DNA of 64,000 nucleotides, taken from positions 20,795-84,794 of the forward strand of contig QKCL01000015.1 in the NCBI GenBank assembly GCA_003246895.1, in the 5' to 3' direction. This DNA comes from Spirochaetota bacterium (GTDB taxonomy: Bacteria > Spirochaetota > UBA4802 > UBA5550). Of the stretch, positions 18,718 through 28,419 are shown one piece after another; the stretch's first letter is position 1; each line of letters opens with the position of its first letter. The notes under the pieces are model-generated. The model saw only the letters and a program-made list of their open reading frames with translations. It was not told the origin of the DNA and searched no databases. The position numbers and the translations under genes are program-made.

Positions 18718-20595
18718 ATGGACGCATATTTAAGAACACTGGTTGTTGACTCGGCAACGGGATTTTACCGTATAGACAGGTATAAGGTGGGAGATTTTTT
18801 CGGCCCCGTTGACCTGGGTCTCCATCTTTCAAGAAAATACGGAAGCCTGAACATCGGGACAGGGCTTCTTGCAGGTTCAATTTTTCCGGGATCCAGCAGG
18901 CTCATCTTTACCGGATTCTCCCCCTGCTGGAGCGGCTTCTATATCTCCACCATGGGAGGAGCTGGACTTGTTTTCAACAATCTGGGCATAGACATGCTCT
19001 CTCTGACAAACAAGGCCGGAACACCTTCAGTTCTATACCTGAACAGGATACACGGCGAGGAGGTTCAGGTGGAGCTTCATCCTGTAGATATTTCAAGAGT
19101 ATGGAGAGAGGGGAGAAAGGGAATCTATTCCCTGACAGATTATGTCCTTGAAAAGTTCGCGGACAGGTACAGTACAGACCCGAGGATTCTGGTAACAGGC
19201 CCTGCTGCCGCGGCAACCGGCGTGGGAGCGGTTGCATCTGTTCCCATAGCAAAGGGTCAGGTTTCATATGTGGATACATGGGCCGGCCGCGGAGGTTTCG
19301 GTTCAAAGATGTATCAGGAGCACGGCATAGTTGCGGTAATCTACGGCGGTACTTTCATTGACGAGGATTTCCGGGACAGGAAGGTGGCAGATGAATGGTT
19401 TGTAGACAAGTACAACAAGAAACTCGCGGCAAAGGACCTGGAAGCCACAGCCAAATACAGGTTCGAGCCGGATTTTGATACGGGCGGCACATTCGGCGTC
19501 AACTACGCAACTCTTGGCGGAAGAATGATGTCGTTCAACTACAAGAGCATATACATGACAGAGCAGGAGAGGGTTGACATACACGACAGGTTTGTGCGTA
19601 ACCATTACCTGAAACAGTTCAATGAAGAAACGATTAAGACAAAACAGCAGAAGACCTGCGGTGAACCCTGTGTTGCGGTGTGCAAGAAAATGCGGGGAGA
19701 ATATAAAAAGGATTACGAGCCCTACCAGACAATGGGCCCCCTTTCAGGTATTTTCGACCAGAGGGCTGCGGAGAAGCTGAATCACCATGCGGACATGTAC
19801 GGTTTTGACGCCATATCAATCGGCGGTGTCGTGGCATGGATGCTTGAGTGTCTCGATGAAAAGCTGATTAAACCTTCTGATCTTGGAATATCCGACAGGC
19901 TTCCGAAATTCAGTCCTGAAAATTTTGATGTTGTAAATGATTCCATGCACAACGCAGATATTGGTGTGGAGATCCTTGACGCTGTAATTGAAAAGAAGGG
20001 GATTCTGGATCTCTCCACAGGAGCCAGAAAGCTTGCAAGAAGGCTTTCCGGACAGATTGACCAGTCCATCAAGGACAGAATTGTGTCTGTCTCCTTTGCA
20101 AGAAACGGGTGGATGGTTCCCAACCAGTACTGGACACCGGGAGCTCTCTCCCCCATGGCAATAATGGGCAAGTACTTCATGTATTACGGAGAGGATTTTA
20201 TCCCCCCGAGAGAACTGGGGAAAAAGGATGCCGAGAGGTTCAAGGGTGAACTTATTCTCGATAATATGGGCATGTGCAGGTTTCACAGAAAATGGGCGGA
20301 GGAGATGCTTCCTGAAGTAATAGACTCGCTCTTCGGAATGAAAGACCTGTTCCTTGAAAAGGTCTCACGGGCTGCAACACGCATAAACAGCCGTAATTCT
20401 TCGGCATTCTGGGAGTCAGAGAGGAACTTTGATTTTGTTTATGAATTCCTTAAGCGCAAAAAGGAAGTGGATAAAGTTGAGAACCCTGAACTTGACAAGT
20501 GGATCAAGGCATTTGAAGAGAACAAACATGAGGCTGCCCTTGAGTTCTGGTATGAAATCCACAAGGGGATACAGGAGACTCTGAAGGATTATTAG
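18718..20595 (+). CDS. Aldehyde:ferredoxin oxidoreductase (AOR) family protein, divergent
   Basis: AFOR_N-like N-terminus. The GFDAISIGGVVAWMLECLDEKLI block resembles the AOR GLDTIS..IA.AME signature, there is a Cys cluster (CGEPCVAVC), and MGMCRFH sits near the C-terminus. The start was moved to the internal ATG (MDAYLRTL) to avoid the nhaC overlap. Confidence 0.55.
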   Translation: MDAYLRTLVVDSATGFYRIDRYKVGDFFGPVDLGLHLSRKYGSLNIGTGLLAGSIFPGSSRLIFTGFSPCWSGFYISTMGGAGLVFNNLGIDMLSLTNKAGTPSVLYLNRIHGEEVQVELHPVDISRVWREGRKGIYSLTDYVLEKFADRYSTDPRILVTGPAAAATGVGAVASVPIAKGQVSYVDTWAGRGGFGSKMYQEHGIVAVIYGGTFIDEDFRDRKVADEWFVDKYNKKLAAKDLEATAKYRFEPDFDTGGTFGVNYATLGGRMMSFNYKSIYMTEQERVDIHDRFVRNHYLKQFNEETIKTKQQKTCGEPCVAVCKKMRGEYKKDYEPYQTMGPLSGIFDQRAAEKLNHHADMYGFDAISIGGVVAWMLECLDEKLIKPSDLGISDRLPKFSPENFDVVNDSMHNADIGVEILDAVIEKKGILDLSTGARKLARRLSGQIDQSIKDRIVSVSFARNGWMVPNQYWTPGALSPMAIMGKYFMYYGEDFIPPRELGKKDAERFKGELILDNMGMCRFHRKWAEEMLPEVIDSLFGMKDLFLEKVSRAATRINSRNSSAFWESERNFDFVYEFLKRKKEVDKVENPELDKWIKAFEENKHEAALEFWYEIHKGIQETLKDY

Positions 20596-20701
20596 CAGTA
20601 TGATATTTATCCCCTCTGCATGGTGCAGGAGAGGTGCAGGTTATGATGAAAAACCAAAAGATATATTTAATGTGAATCAGCATCCGTGTTCCATTTCAAA
20701 T

Positions 20702-20732
20702 AAAAAAGGCTCCATGAAAGGGAGCCTTTTTT
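20702..20732. terminator. Bidirectional terminator between the AOR gene and the flotillin gene
   Basis: The sequence is AAAAAAGGCTCC-atgaaa-GGGAGCCTTTTTT. Confidence 0.7.
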
Positions 20733-20758
20733 ATTTGAAAGTTTAATTTATAAAAACC

Positions 20759-22369
20759 TTATTCCTCTCCGGTTGCAGTCTCCCCCTCTTCATCTGTGGT
20801 GGCTATTTCTTCCTTTGCAGCTTTGATTTTTCCTTTCACATTATCCAGTGAGGTATTATCCTTCAGTGTTCCGAGAAATTTGGGAAGTTCAATTCCAACC
20901 TGGCTTGCAAGATCCTGGAGCGGAGGCATTGATGTTATGAAGTTCCGTATAAAATTTGATGTGGTACCTCCGTCAGAACCGTTTCCTGAATCCCATACTG
21001 TTATCTTGTCTATTTTAAGGTTGGAGATTGCTTCTACCTGCTTGTCAACCAGTGTCTCCATCTTTTCAAGGAGCATGAGTGTTGCAGCCATTTTTGTGTC
21101 GTTGTTGCAGGCCTTTATGAGCTGGTTGTAACCGTCAGCCTTTGCCTGAATAAGCTCCTTCATGCCCTGTGCTTCGGCATCGTATCTCATGCGTATTGAG
21201 TCTGCTTCACCGCGGGCAAGCCTTCTGTTTTTTTCCGCTTCCGCCTCTGCTGCAATCTCTATTTTTTTCTTTTCTATTTCCTTGCGTACAACCTCTTCCT
21301 TTTCGAGACGAGCAAGTTCTGCCGACCTCTCTGCACTGAGAATCTCCTTTTCGGCCTTTGCCCTTGCAACCTGGCTTCTCTCCTGTGCCTTGGCGTTTTC
21401 TTCTGCAAGTGTTGCATTGTAGCTTGCTATTCTGGCTTTTTCAATGTTTTCCTTCTCAATTGCCGATGCTTCATATTCAGCAACGGACATACGCTTCTCG
21501 ATTTCGGAAGCCTTTATTCCGGTTTCTATCTGTGCATTCTGTGATGCAACTTCAACTTCCTTAAGCTTGTTGGCCTTTGCCTCTTCCGTGGCACTCTCTG
21601 TCTCAAAGTGGGCAATTGCAATTCTCTGGTTTTTCTCAGCCTCCTTGCGCCCCTTTTCAGCCTCTGCAAATTCAAAGGCCACCTGTACTTCACGCTCACG
21701 GTTTGCCTTGGACTCTCCGATGGAACCGTTTCTCTCCTGCTCGGCAACGGCTACCTTTGCCTTGTTTATTGCTTCGGCAGCTGATTTCTTTCCTATGGCC
21801 TCTATATATCCGGACTCGTCTGTGATGTCCTTTATATTTACATTTATGAGCTGAAGGCCTATCTTGTTGAGCTCGGTTGTTACGTTATCATTAACCTGTT
21901 TCAGGAAAAGTTCCCTGTCCTGGTTGATCTCTTCAATATCAAGTGTTGCAATTACAAGTCTCAGCTGTCCAAGTATGATATCCTCTGCAAGCTGCATGAT
22001 CTCATCATATGACATTCCAAGAAGACGTTCTGCGGCATTGAGCATTATCATCTGTTCCGTTGAAATTGCCACAGTAAATGTGCTTGGCGTGTTAATACGG
22101 ATGTTCTGTTTTGAAAGTGCCCCTGACAGGTTGATTTCAATAGTCATGGGCTGGAGGCTCATGTATTTATAATCCTGTATGAGCGGTATTATAAATGTTC
22201 CTCCGCCGTGAATACATTTGGCGCTTCTTCCCCTGCCGACTTTACCGAAGACAACCAGAATCTGGTTCGATGGGCAACGCCTGTATCGGCTTATTGCAAC
22301 AATTATGAGCAGAACAGAAATAAAGGTAATAATCCCGACAAACCCTGTGAAAATATTGAGAAAATCCAT
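20759..22369 (-). CDS. Flotillin (SPFH/band-7 family, FloT-like)
   Basis: An N-terminal TM helix and SPFH domain, then a long Ala/Glu-rich coiled-coil made of EA repeats. Confidence 0.75.
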   Translation of the reverse strand: MDFLNIFTGFVGIITFISVLLIIVAISRYRRCPSNQILVVFGKVGRGRSAKCIHGGGTFIIPLIQDYKYMSLQPMTIEINLSGALSKQNIRINTPSTFTVAISTEQMIMLNAAERLLGMSYDEIMQLAEDIILGQLRLVIATLDIEEINQDRELFLKQVNDNVTTELNKIGLQLINVNIKDITDESGYIEAIGKKSAAEAINKAKVAVAEQERNGSIGESKANREREVQVAFEFAEAEKGRKEAEKNQRIAIAHFETESATEEAKANKLKEVEVASQNAQIETGIKASEIEKRMSVAEYEASAIEKENIEKARIASYNATLAEENAKAQERSQVARAKAEKEILSAERSAELARLEKEEVVRKEIEKKKIEIAAEAEAEKNRRLARGEADSIRMRYDAEAQGMKELIQAKADGYNQLIKACNNDTKMAATLMLLEKMETLVDKQVEAISNLKIDKITVWDSGNGSDGGTTSNFIRNFITSMPPLQDLASQVGIELPKFLGTLKDNTSLDNVKGKIKAAKEEIATTDEEGETATGEE

Positions 22370-22397
22370 TGGCTCTCCTTTTTTATGTTTTATATTT

Positions 22398-23045
22398 TTA
22401 TAGTGAGTCTTCTGTTTTGTAGGGGGCGACCATAATTGTGTTTGTTTTTTTGTCTATGGCGCATACAAGAATCTTTTCACCTGTCTTAAGTTCCCTGTTC
22501 ATTGACATTGCCTCAAGTGTAGCAAGGCGTCCCTGGAGTTCGACCTGTACCTGGCCCCTGCCATTGCCGCTTGACGGGATGTTCATGTAAACTGACCCTG
22601 TATTCCCTATTGCGTTTTTTATCTCCATGTTCCCTGATGATTCGAATTTTTTAAGGTTTTTCAGGAGGAACCATGCGAAGAAAAATGTGACAACACCGGA
22701 AACCAGAGTAATGGCTATGATTGAACCGGGAGAAAATCTTGTGAACCTGTAGCATATTACACCTATCCAGCCTGCTCCCTTAAGGAATGAGAGAACAGTG
22801 TCTATGCTGAAATATCCTGTATCTGCTTCGGCTGAATCACTGCCTTCGGAGATGTCCATGTCTGCTGAGATATCAGCGTCTCCACCGGAAACATCAATGC
22901 CGTCAATTTCTCCTTCTCCTGAATCACTGCCAATAATGGAAAGCAGGAACTTGGATATGAAGAGGAGTGTTGCCGTTATGGCGATGACCCAGTATGCTGC
23001 TTCCAGGTTGCTCTGAATTCCCAGTAATTCTTTGAATGTTTCCAA
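22398..23045 (-). CDS. NfeD/YuaF-like membrane protein, the flotillin partner
   Basis: TM helices plus a C-terminal OB-fold-like region. It lies immediately upstream of the flotillin gene, the canonical arrangement. Confidence 0.5.
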   Translation of the reverse strand: METFKELLGIQSNLEAAYWVIAITATLLFISKFLLSIIGSDSGEGEIDGIDVSGGDADISADMDISEGSDSAEADTGYFSIDTVLSFLKGAGWIGVICYRFTRFSPGSIIAITLVSGVVTFFFAWFLLKNLKKFESSGNMEIKNAIGNTGSVYMNIPSSGNGRGQVQVELQGRLATLEAMSMNRELKTGEKILVCAIDKKTNTIMVAPYKTEDSL

Positions 23046-23254
23046 TGGATACCACCGGTAAATTAAAAATTTAGAGTTTAAAATAGCATAATGTTCTAAA
23101 AAGGCAAGAATAATTTAAGTGAAGCTTTTAAGACCGGGGAATGCTCTCTCAGTAAGGAGAATTAAGCAATCCCTGAATTAAAACTTAAATAAAAGACCGA
23201 AGGTACTTCCATAAAAATACTCCGATCAACGGCTGAAACATATAATTAGCGCCA

Positions 23255-23803
23255 TTAATGTGTATTTGTGTCCTTTTCTGAATGGTCTGATGTTTTTTCA
23301 GAATTTTCACTGTCACCGGACAGGTCTGTATCGCGACTATTTTCCTGACTTTTGAATTCTCCTGAATTTTTAAGGTCGGAGGCATATTTTTTCCCTTTTT
23401 TAAGGAGAGTCATGAATTCCTCTTTCACGGAATCCCCGCTGATTGTATCGAGAGTCTCCCCCCTTGAGTATGCGGAAACCAGAACCCTGCCTATGGCATA
23501 GGTAACTGCTCCGGAAAGTATAATCTGGGATGCCATGCCGATGATTGTGCCGATTCCCGGAAGAAGTTTTATGAAACTGGCACCTGCCCTTGCTGCAGTA
23601 CCTGTCACAAGGGCGGAGAGAAGAGCTCTCCCTTTTATTTCACTGTAATGGCCCGACATTTCAGTTGTCAGGGTTTTGATAAGGTTTAGGTGTACGGCGG
23701 AAACAGCGGCTATGTCCGCAACCGGTACAGGTATGGCTCCGGCTCCCATTGCAGTAAGTACATGTTCTTTTATTATAATGTCAATTTTGTCTGTTTTTTC
23801 CAT
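23255..23803 (-). CDS. Hypothetical protein, DUF697-like (glycine-rich membrane-associated)
   Basis: A 182-aa protein with a G/A-rich amphipathic core and an acidic, Ser-rich tail. Confidence 0.3.
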   Translation of the reverse strand: MEKTDKIDIIIKEHVLTAMGAGAIPVPVADIAAVSAVHLNLIKTLTTEMSGHYSEIKGRALLSALVTGTAARAGASFIKLLPGIGTIIGMASQIILSGAVTYAIGRVLVSAYSRGETLDTISGDSVKEEFMTLLKKGKKYASDLKNSGEFKSQENSRDTDLSGDSENSEKTSDHSEKDTNTH

Positions 23804-23873
23804 TTTATTCCTTGCCTATAATTCTGATATTTTGATAATAAAATCATCTCCTTTAAGGTGAAGGATAATATTT

Positions 23874-24815
23874 ATGTCAGTAATTTTCAATATTCTTTTT
23901 CCCGTAATTTCCATGGTCATACTTGGTTTTTTTATAGGAAGAACAGGAGAGTTCAGCAGGGATTTTTTTGCAGGCTCAAACAGGCTCGTTTACCGTTACG
24001 GGCTTTCTCCTCTCATGTTTATAAAAACCGCATCCATGAGTGTAAAACTCACTGAGGCTGTCCAGTATATTAAATCCATTGTTATTCTCATAACATGTCT
24101 TATTATTATTGCAACTATTGTATCATATATTCTGAAGATGACTTCAAGAATGAGAGGTGCATTTATTCACTGCTCCATGAGGGGTAACTTTGCCTATGTA
24201 GGTCTTCCGGTAATCCTCTATTCATTTTCCGGTTCAGGGAAGGAGAACGAAGCACTAGCCCTTGCGGTGATAATAATGACACCGGGTATTTTCTACCAGA
24301 TTATTACCTCCACTGTGATAATGATAGCAAACAGGGAAGGTACAGGAAACGGTGGTCTGCTGAAAACAGGTAAATCCATAATTTCAGATCCCCTCATTGT
24401 AGGCTGTGCCGCCGGACTCATGATAAACCTGACTGGTCATGAAGTTCCATTTGCAATTGTAAGAACATGTGAATCTCTTGGAAGCATGGCTCTGCCCTTT
24501 GCACTCATAGGGATTGGGGCAACAATAGACCTTGGCCTTCTCAGGGGAGCCATAATTCCTCCGGTAATAGCTGCAGTCATCAAGACATTTATTTCGCCTC
24601 TGGTGATGTTCTTTATAATAAGCTATTTCGGAATAGAATTAACTTCAATGCCCGGTAAGATTCTCATGCTTTTTTCAGCATGTTCAACAGCCGTAAGCAG
24701 TTATATTATAACACTGCAGTATGAGGGTGACGGCAATCTGGCAGGGAGTACAATAATACTTTCTACATTCAGCAGCCTCGTTTCACTTGGGACTGTCATT
24801 TTGATAACAAGTTAA
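23874..24815 (+). CDS. AEC-family (auxin efflux carrier / malate permease-like) transporter
   Basis: A 313-aa protein with 10 TM helices and an N-terminal IFNILFPVI...GFFIGRTG motif. Confidence 0.65.
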   Translation: MSVIFNILFPVISMVILGFFIGRTGEFSRDFFAGSNRLVYRYGLSPLMFIKTASMSVKLTEAVQYIKSIVILITCLIIIATIVSYILKMTSRMRGAFIHCSMRGNFAYVGLPVILYSFSGSGKENEALALAVIIMTPGIFYQIITSTVIMIANREGTGNGGLLKTGKSIISDPLIVGCAAGLMINLTGHEVPFAIVRTCESLGSMALPFALIGIGATIDLGLLRGAIIPPVIAAVIKTFISPLVMFFIISYFGIELTSMPGKILMLFSACSTAVSSYIITLQYEGDGNLAGSTIILSTFSSLVSLGTVILITS

Positions 24816-24879
24816 AAATTTTTACTGACAAATGTCTGAACTGCCGGCAGGTCAGGGAGTACATGCAAAAGGAGACACG

Positions 24880-25821
24880 ATGATTACCATTTTCAACATA
24901 CTGTTCCCCATAATATCCATAATACTGCTTGGATATATTATAGGCAGGACAGGAAATTTCAGGGAAGATTTTTTCCCTGGTGTAAACAGGCTTGTTTACA
25001 GGTACGGACTCGCCCCCATGCTCTTTATCAAGACCGCAACAATGTCAATAGACCTGAGCAATACTTTCAGGTCCATCGGTTCAATACTAATACTGGTAAT
25101 TGTTCTTCTTCTCGTTTCATGGTTTTTCGGCCTTGTTTTCTCCATGCCGGCAAGAATGAAGGGTGCTTTCATTCACTGTACAATCAGGGGAAATTATGCC
25201 TACATCGGGCTTCCCGTTGTTTTCTATGCCTTTTCCCATACCAAATATGCCGAAAGCTCCACGGAAATTGCAATACTCATTTTCACTCCGGCAATTATTC
25301 TTCACAATGTGCTGGCAATACTTGTAATGATTTATTACAGGGAGGAGAAAAACCAGTCCGGGTATATTTTCATTTTCAGGTCTCTCATAAAGGACCCTCT
25401 CATTGTTGCATGCGTACTTGGACTTATAGTAAACCTGGCGCATATAACAATCCCCACAGCCATTGCAAGGACCGGGACTTCTCTGGGCAAGATGGCTCTT
25501 CCCCTTGCCCTTATAGGTATAGGAGCAACAATAGACCCGAAACTGCTGCGGGGAGCTCTTTTCCCTCCCTTTCTGGCTTCATTTCTGAAAACTGTTCTGG
25601 CACCGGCAATCATGTACGGACTGCTTCTTGTTTTCGGAATTTCAATTAATGAGATTTACGGTCAGATTCTCATGCTTCTTTCTGCATGTTCAGTGGGAGT
25701 GAGCACATACATTATTACTGAACAGTACGGCGGTGACACAAAACTTGCGGGGAGTGCGGTGTTCATATCCGCAGTCATGAGTATTTTTTCACTCAGTGCA
25801 ATTCTGCTGATTATTAACTGA
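24880..25821 (+). CDS. AEC-family transporter, a tandem paralogue of the gene before it
   Basis: It shares the same N-terminal motif (MITIFNILFPIISIILLGYIIGRTG). The start is set at the internal ATG, which has a good RBS (AAAGGAGA). Confidence 0.65.
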   Translation: MITIFNILFPIISIILLGYIIGRTGNFREDFFPGVNRLVYRYGLAPMLFIKTATMSIDLSNTFRSIGSILILVIVLLLVSWFFGLVFSMPARMKGAFIHCTIRGNYAYIGLPVVFYAFSHTKYAESSTEIAILIFTPAIILHNVLAILVMIYYREEKNQSGYIFIFRSLIKDPLIVACVLGLIVNLAHITIPTAIARTGTSLGKMALPLALIGIGATIDPKLLRGALFPPFLASFLKTVLAPAIMYGLLLVFGISINEIYGQILMLLSACSVGVSTYIITEQYGGDTKLAGSAVFISAVMSIFSLSAILLIIN

Positions 25822-26422
25822 TCTTTTCTATGACAAAGAAGCCGTACTGTGAAAAGAGGTTGGGAATTAATCTGCGGATTCTGGATTTTTTGCCGCTTGT
25901 GAAACAGAAACCTTTCTCCCTGACTATTCTGAACCTGAATTTTTTTGACATGTTCCTGAAGTCCTTTATTGTGAGCAGGTGAATATTCGGTGATTCATAC
26001 CACTCATAGGGGAGAAGCCTGTTCACGGGCATTCTTCCGAGCAGAAGCAGGCTGAATCTGGTGCTGATGTAGCCGAAGTTCGGGAAACTGAGTATCACTC
26101 TCCTTCCAATTCTGAGAACCTCTTCAATTACATGGTCAGGGCGCTTTGTATTCTGAATGGTCTGGTTTATTATTACGAAGTCAAATGAATTGTCAAGATA
26201 GTCGCTTAACCCTTCGTCGATGTCTCCCTGGTAGCAGTAGAGGCCCTTTTCAACACACATTGTCACACCCTCTTCGGAGATCTCCACACCAGAGCCCTTT
26301 ACATCCTTCTCATCCTGCAGCATTTCAAGGAGAACTCCGTCGCCGCATCCAAGGTCAAGGACCTTTGAACCTTTGTCTATTTCATTGATTACAAGATCGT
26401 ATCCGATTCTCTGGTATTTCAT
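25814..26422 (-). CDS. metW: Methionine biosynthesis protein MetW
   Basis: A SAM-methyltransferase-like motif (VLDLGCGDG); 202 aa; it directly follows metX. Confidence 0.8.
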   Translation of the reverse strand: MKYQRIGYDLVINEIDKGSKVLDLGCGDGVLLEMLQDEKDVKGSGVEISEEGVTMCVEKGLYCYQGDIDEGLSDYLDNSFDFVIINQTIQNTKRPDHVIEEVLRIGRRVILSFPNFGYISTRFSLLLLGRMPVNRLLPYEWYESPNIHLLTIKDFRNMSKKFRFRIVREKGFCFTSGKKSRIRRLIPNLFSQYGFFVIEKIS

Positions 26423-27567
26423 TTGCCTGTACTCTTTTTAAATTCATTTTTAAGAAAACTCGAAATGTTTTTTTCGAGTGTTTTATTTGGCAGGAGAAAG
26501 GCATCATGTCCGTTCTCCGTATCTATTTCATTGAAATTTACATTTTTCCCTGTAATCCTCAGGGCCTGTACAACCTTCTTTGCCTCAGCCGTTGGATAGA
26601 GCCAGTCAGTATTAAAGCTGATAATGAGAAAATTTGCCTTAGCCTTTTCAAATGCTTCAGTGAGCCTGCCGCGGCCGTTGTCGTTGAGATCAAAATAGTC
26701 AATGGCCCTTGTTATATAGATGTATGAGTTCGCATCGAATCTGTCTACGAATTTTACCCCCTGATAGTGAAGGTATGATTCTATGCTGAACTCGGAATCC
26801 ATGTTTTTCTTTGACATGTTGTCACTCTGAAAGTTTCTTCCGAATCTCTCGTGCATGTGTTTTTCGCTCATGTAGGTGATGTGGCCGATCATCCGTGCAA
26901 GTGAGAGTCCGGCACCGGGAAATTTTGAATCGTAGTAGTTGCCGTGATTCCAGTTGGGGTCATTGATTATTGCCTGACGGCCTACTTCATTGAATGCAAT
27001 TCCCTGCGCAGAAAGAGAAGCCGAGGCTGCGATGCAGATACATGAGTTTATCATTTCAGGGAATGTTATGGACCACTGAAGGGCCTGCATCCCGCCCATG
27101 GATCCCCCTGCAACGGCGAGAAGTTTTTCTATGCCCAGATACTTTACAAGGTGGTACTGGGCCCTGACCATATCCTCAATTGTTACGATGGGAAAATCCA
27201 TTCCCCATTGTTTCCCGGTTTCAGGATTAATTGACGCAGGCCCTGTGGAGCCGGAGCAGCCCCCTATTACGTTTGAACATATGAAGAAGTATTTATCTGT
27301 GTCGAATGGTTTCCCCGGGCCGATGTATCCATCCCACCAGCCGGGATTTTTACCTGTAGTGTCATTGCAGCCTGCAGCATGTGCATCTCCTGAAAGAGCA
27401 TGAAGAATGAGCACTGCATTGTTCTTCTCTGAGTTGAGTGTGCCGTATGTCTCATAGGCAAGTGTGACCGGGCCTATACTTCTTCCGCAGAGCAGATTGA
27501 AGCCTCCGTTCTCTGCAAAGGTAAAAAATTCAGTTGTAAGCCCGCCTGGTGAATTTGTTATTTCCAT
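26419..27567 (-). CDS. metX: Homoserine O-acetyltransferase
   Basis: An alpha/beta-hydrolase fold with the nucleophile elbow GGSMGG; 382 aa; in a metXW operon. Confidence 0.85.
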   Translation of the reverse strand: MEITNSPGGLTTEFFTFAENGGFNLLCGRSIGPVTLAYETYGTLNSEKNNAVLILHALSGDAHAAGCNDTTGKNPGWWDGYIGPGKPFDTDKYFFICSNVIGGCSGSTGPASINPETGKQWGMDFPIVTIEDMVRAQYHLVKYLGIEKLLAVAGGSMGGMQALQWSITFPEMINSCICIAASASLSAQGIAFNEVGRQAIINDPNWNHGNYYDSKFPGAGLSLARMIGHITYMSEKHMHERFGRNFQSDNMSKKNMDSEFSIESYLHYQGVKFVDRFDANSYIYITRAIDYFDLNDNGRGRLTEAFEKAKANFLIISFNTDWLYPTAEAKKVVQALRITGKNVNFNEIDTENGHDAFLLPNKTLEKNISSFLKNEFKKSTGK

Positions 27568-27602
27568 TTAAAAACCGCCTTTTGACAGCGGTTTAATTGT
27601 GT

Positions 27603-27720
27603 ATAAAAAAACTGCTGTCTCATCTTCCGGAAAAATTCCGCTGGATTTAGCACCTTTTCATCAGAAGGTTGCCGTGGTTTTTGCGGGCCAGTTCCCTACA
27701 CCACTCTTGATAAGACAAAA
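27603..27720 (-). promoter_or_regulatory. SAM-I (S-box) riboswitch in the metX leader
   Basis: The minus-strand RNA reads CUUAUCAAGAGUGGUGUAGGGAACUGGCCCGCAAAAACCACGGCAACC...AAGGUGCUAAAUCCAGCGGAA...GGAAGAUGAGACAGCAG-UUUUUUU. This matches the conserved SAM-I core blocks. Confidence 0.8.
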
Positions 27721-27775
27721 ATGTAAAATGTTAGTTAACAATAAGAATCCTGGAATTCTTATGTCAATAAAAAAA

Positions 27776-28357
27776 TCATACAAGTATTTTAAGAGCTTCT
27801 TTTATCAATTCTTCAATTGTCATGTTCTCATTGTTTTTAAGAATTTCCGAAACGCATTTTGAAGATTTCTGCTCCTCAAATCCCAGAGCCATGAGTGCCT
27901 CCACTGCATCATTCCCAGCTGAGACATGTTCTTCTCCGGTTCCGGAAAACTGTTCAAGTTTTTTCACCTTCCGTGAAAGTTCAAAGATGAGTTTTTCTGC
28001 CTTGCTTTTCCCTATGCCGGGAATTTTGGTCAAAATCCCTGAGTTCTGGTTTTTTACGGCATCAACAAGCCTTTCAACAGAGAGGCCCGATAGCAGCGAA
28101 ATGGCCATGGCAGGTCCGATTCCGTTTATATTCAGAAGTGTCCTGAACAGATCCCTTTCATGAACAGTTATGAAGCCGAATAGCCTGAACTGGTCTTCCT
28201 TGTGAAGTGTGTGTATATACAAAGAAGTTTCTTTTCTGTTTTCGATTTTTTCAAATGTACTGAAGGGTATGGAAATTTCATATCCAACACCGTTTACGTC
28301 TACTATAATTTCAGTGGGGCTTAATACTTCAACTCTTCCGGTGAGTTTTGCTATCAT
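27776..28357 (-). CDS. ruvA: Holliday junction DNA helicase RuvA
   Basis: The MIAKLTGRVE...DVNGVGYEI N-terminus, a GIG/HhH region and a C-terminal domain; 193 aa. Confidence 0.85.
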   Translation of the reverse strand: MIAKLTGRVEVLSPTEIIVDVNGVGYEISIPFSTFEKIENRKETSLYIHTLHKEDQFRLFGFITVHERDLFRTLLNINGIGPAMAISLLSGLSVERLVDAVKNQNSGILTKIPGIGKSKAEKLIFELSRKVKKLEQFSGTGEEHVSAGNDAVEALMALGFEEQKSSKCVSEILKNNENMTIEELIKEALKILV

Positions 28358-28389
28358 AAAACCATTTCTCCTGGAATTTCTGCATAAAG

Positions 28390-28416
28390 AAAATGGAGGC
28401 TTTCGCCTCCATTTTT
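28390..28416. terminator. Hairpin terminator downstream of guaB
   Basis: The sequence is AAAATGGAGGC-tttc-GCCTCCATTTTT. Confidence 0.6.
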
Positions 28417-28419
28417 CTG

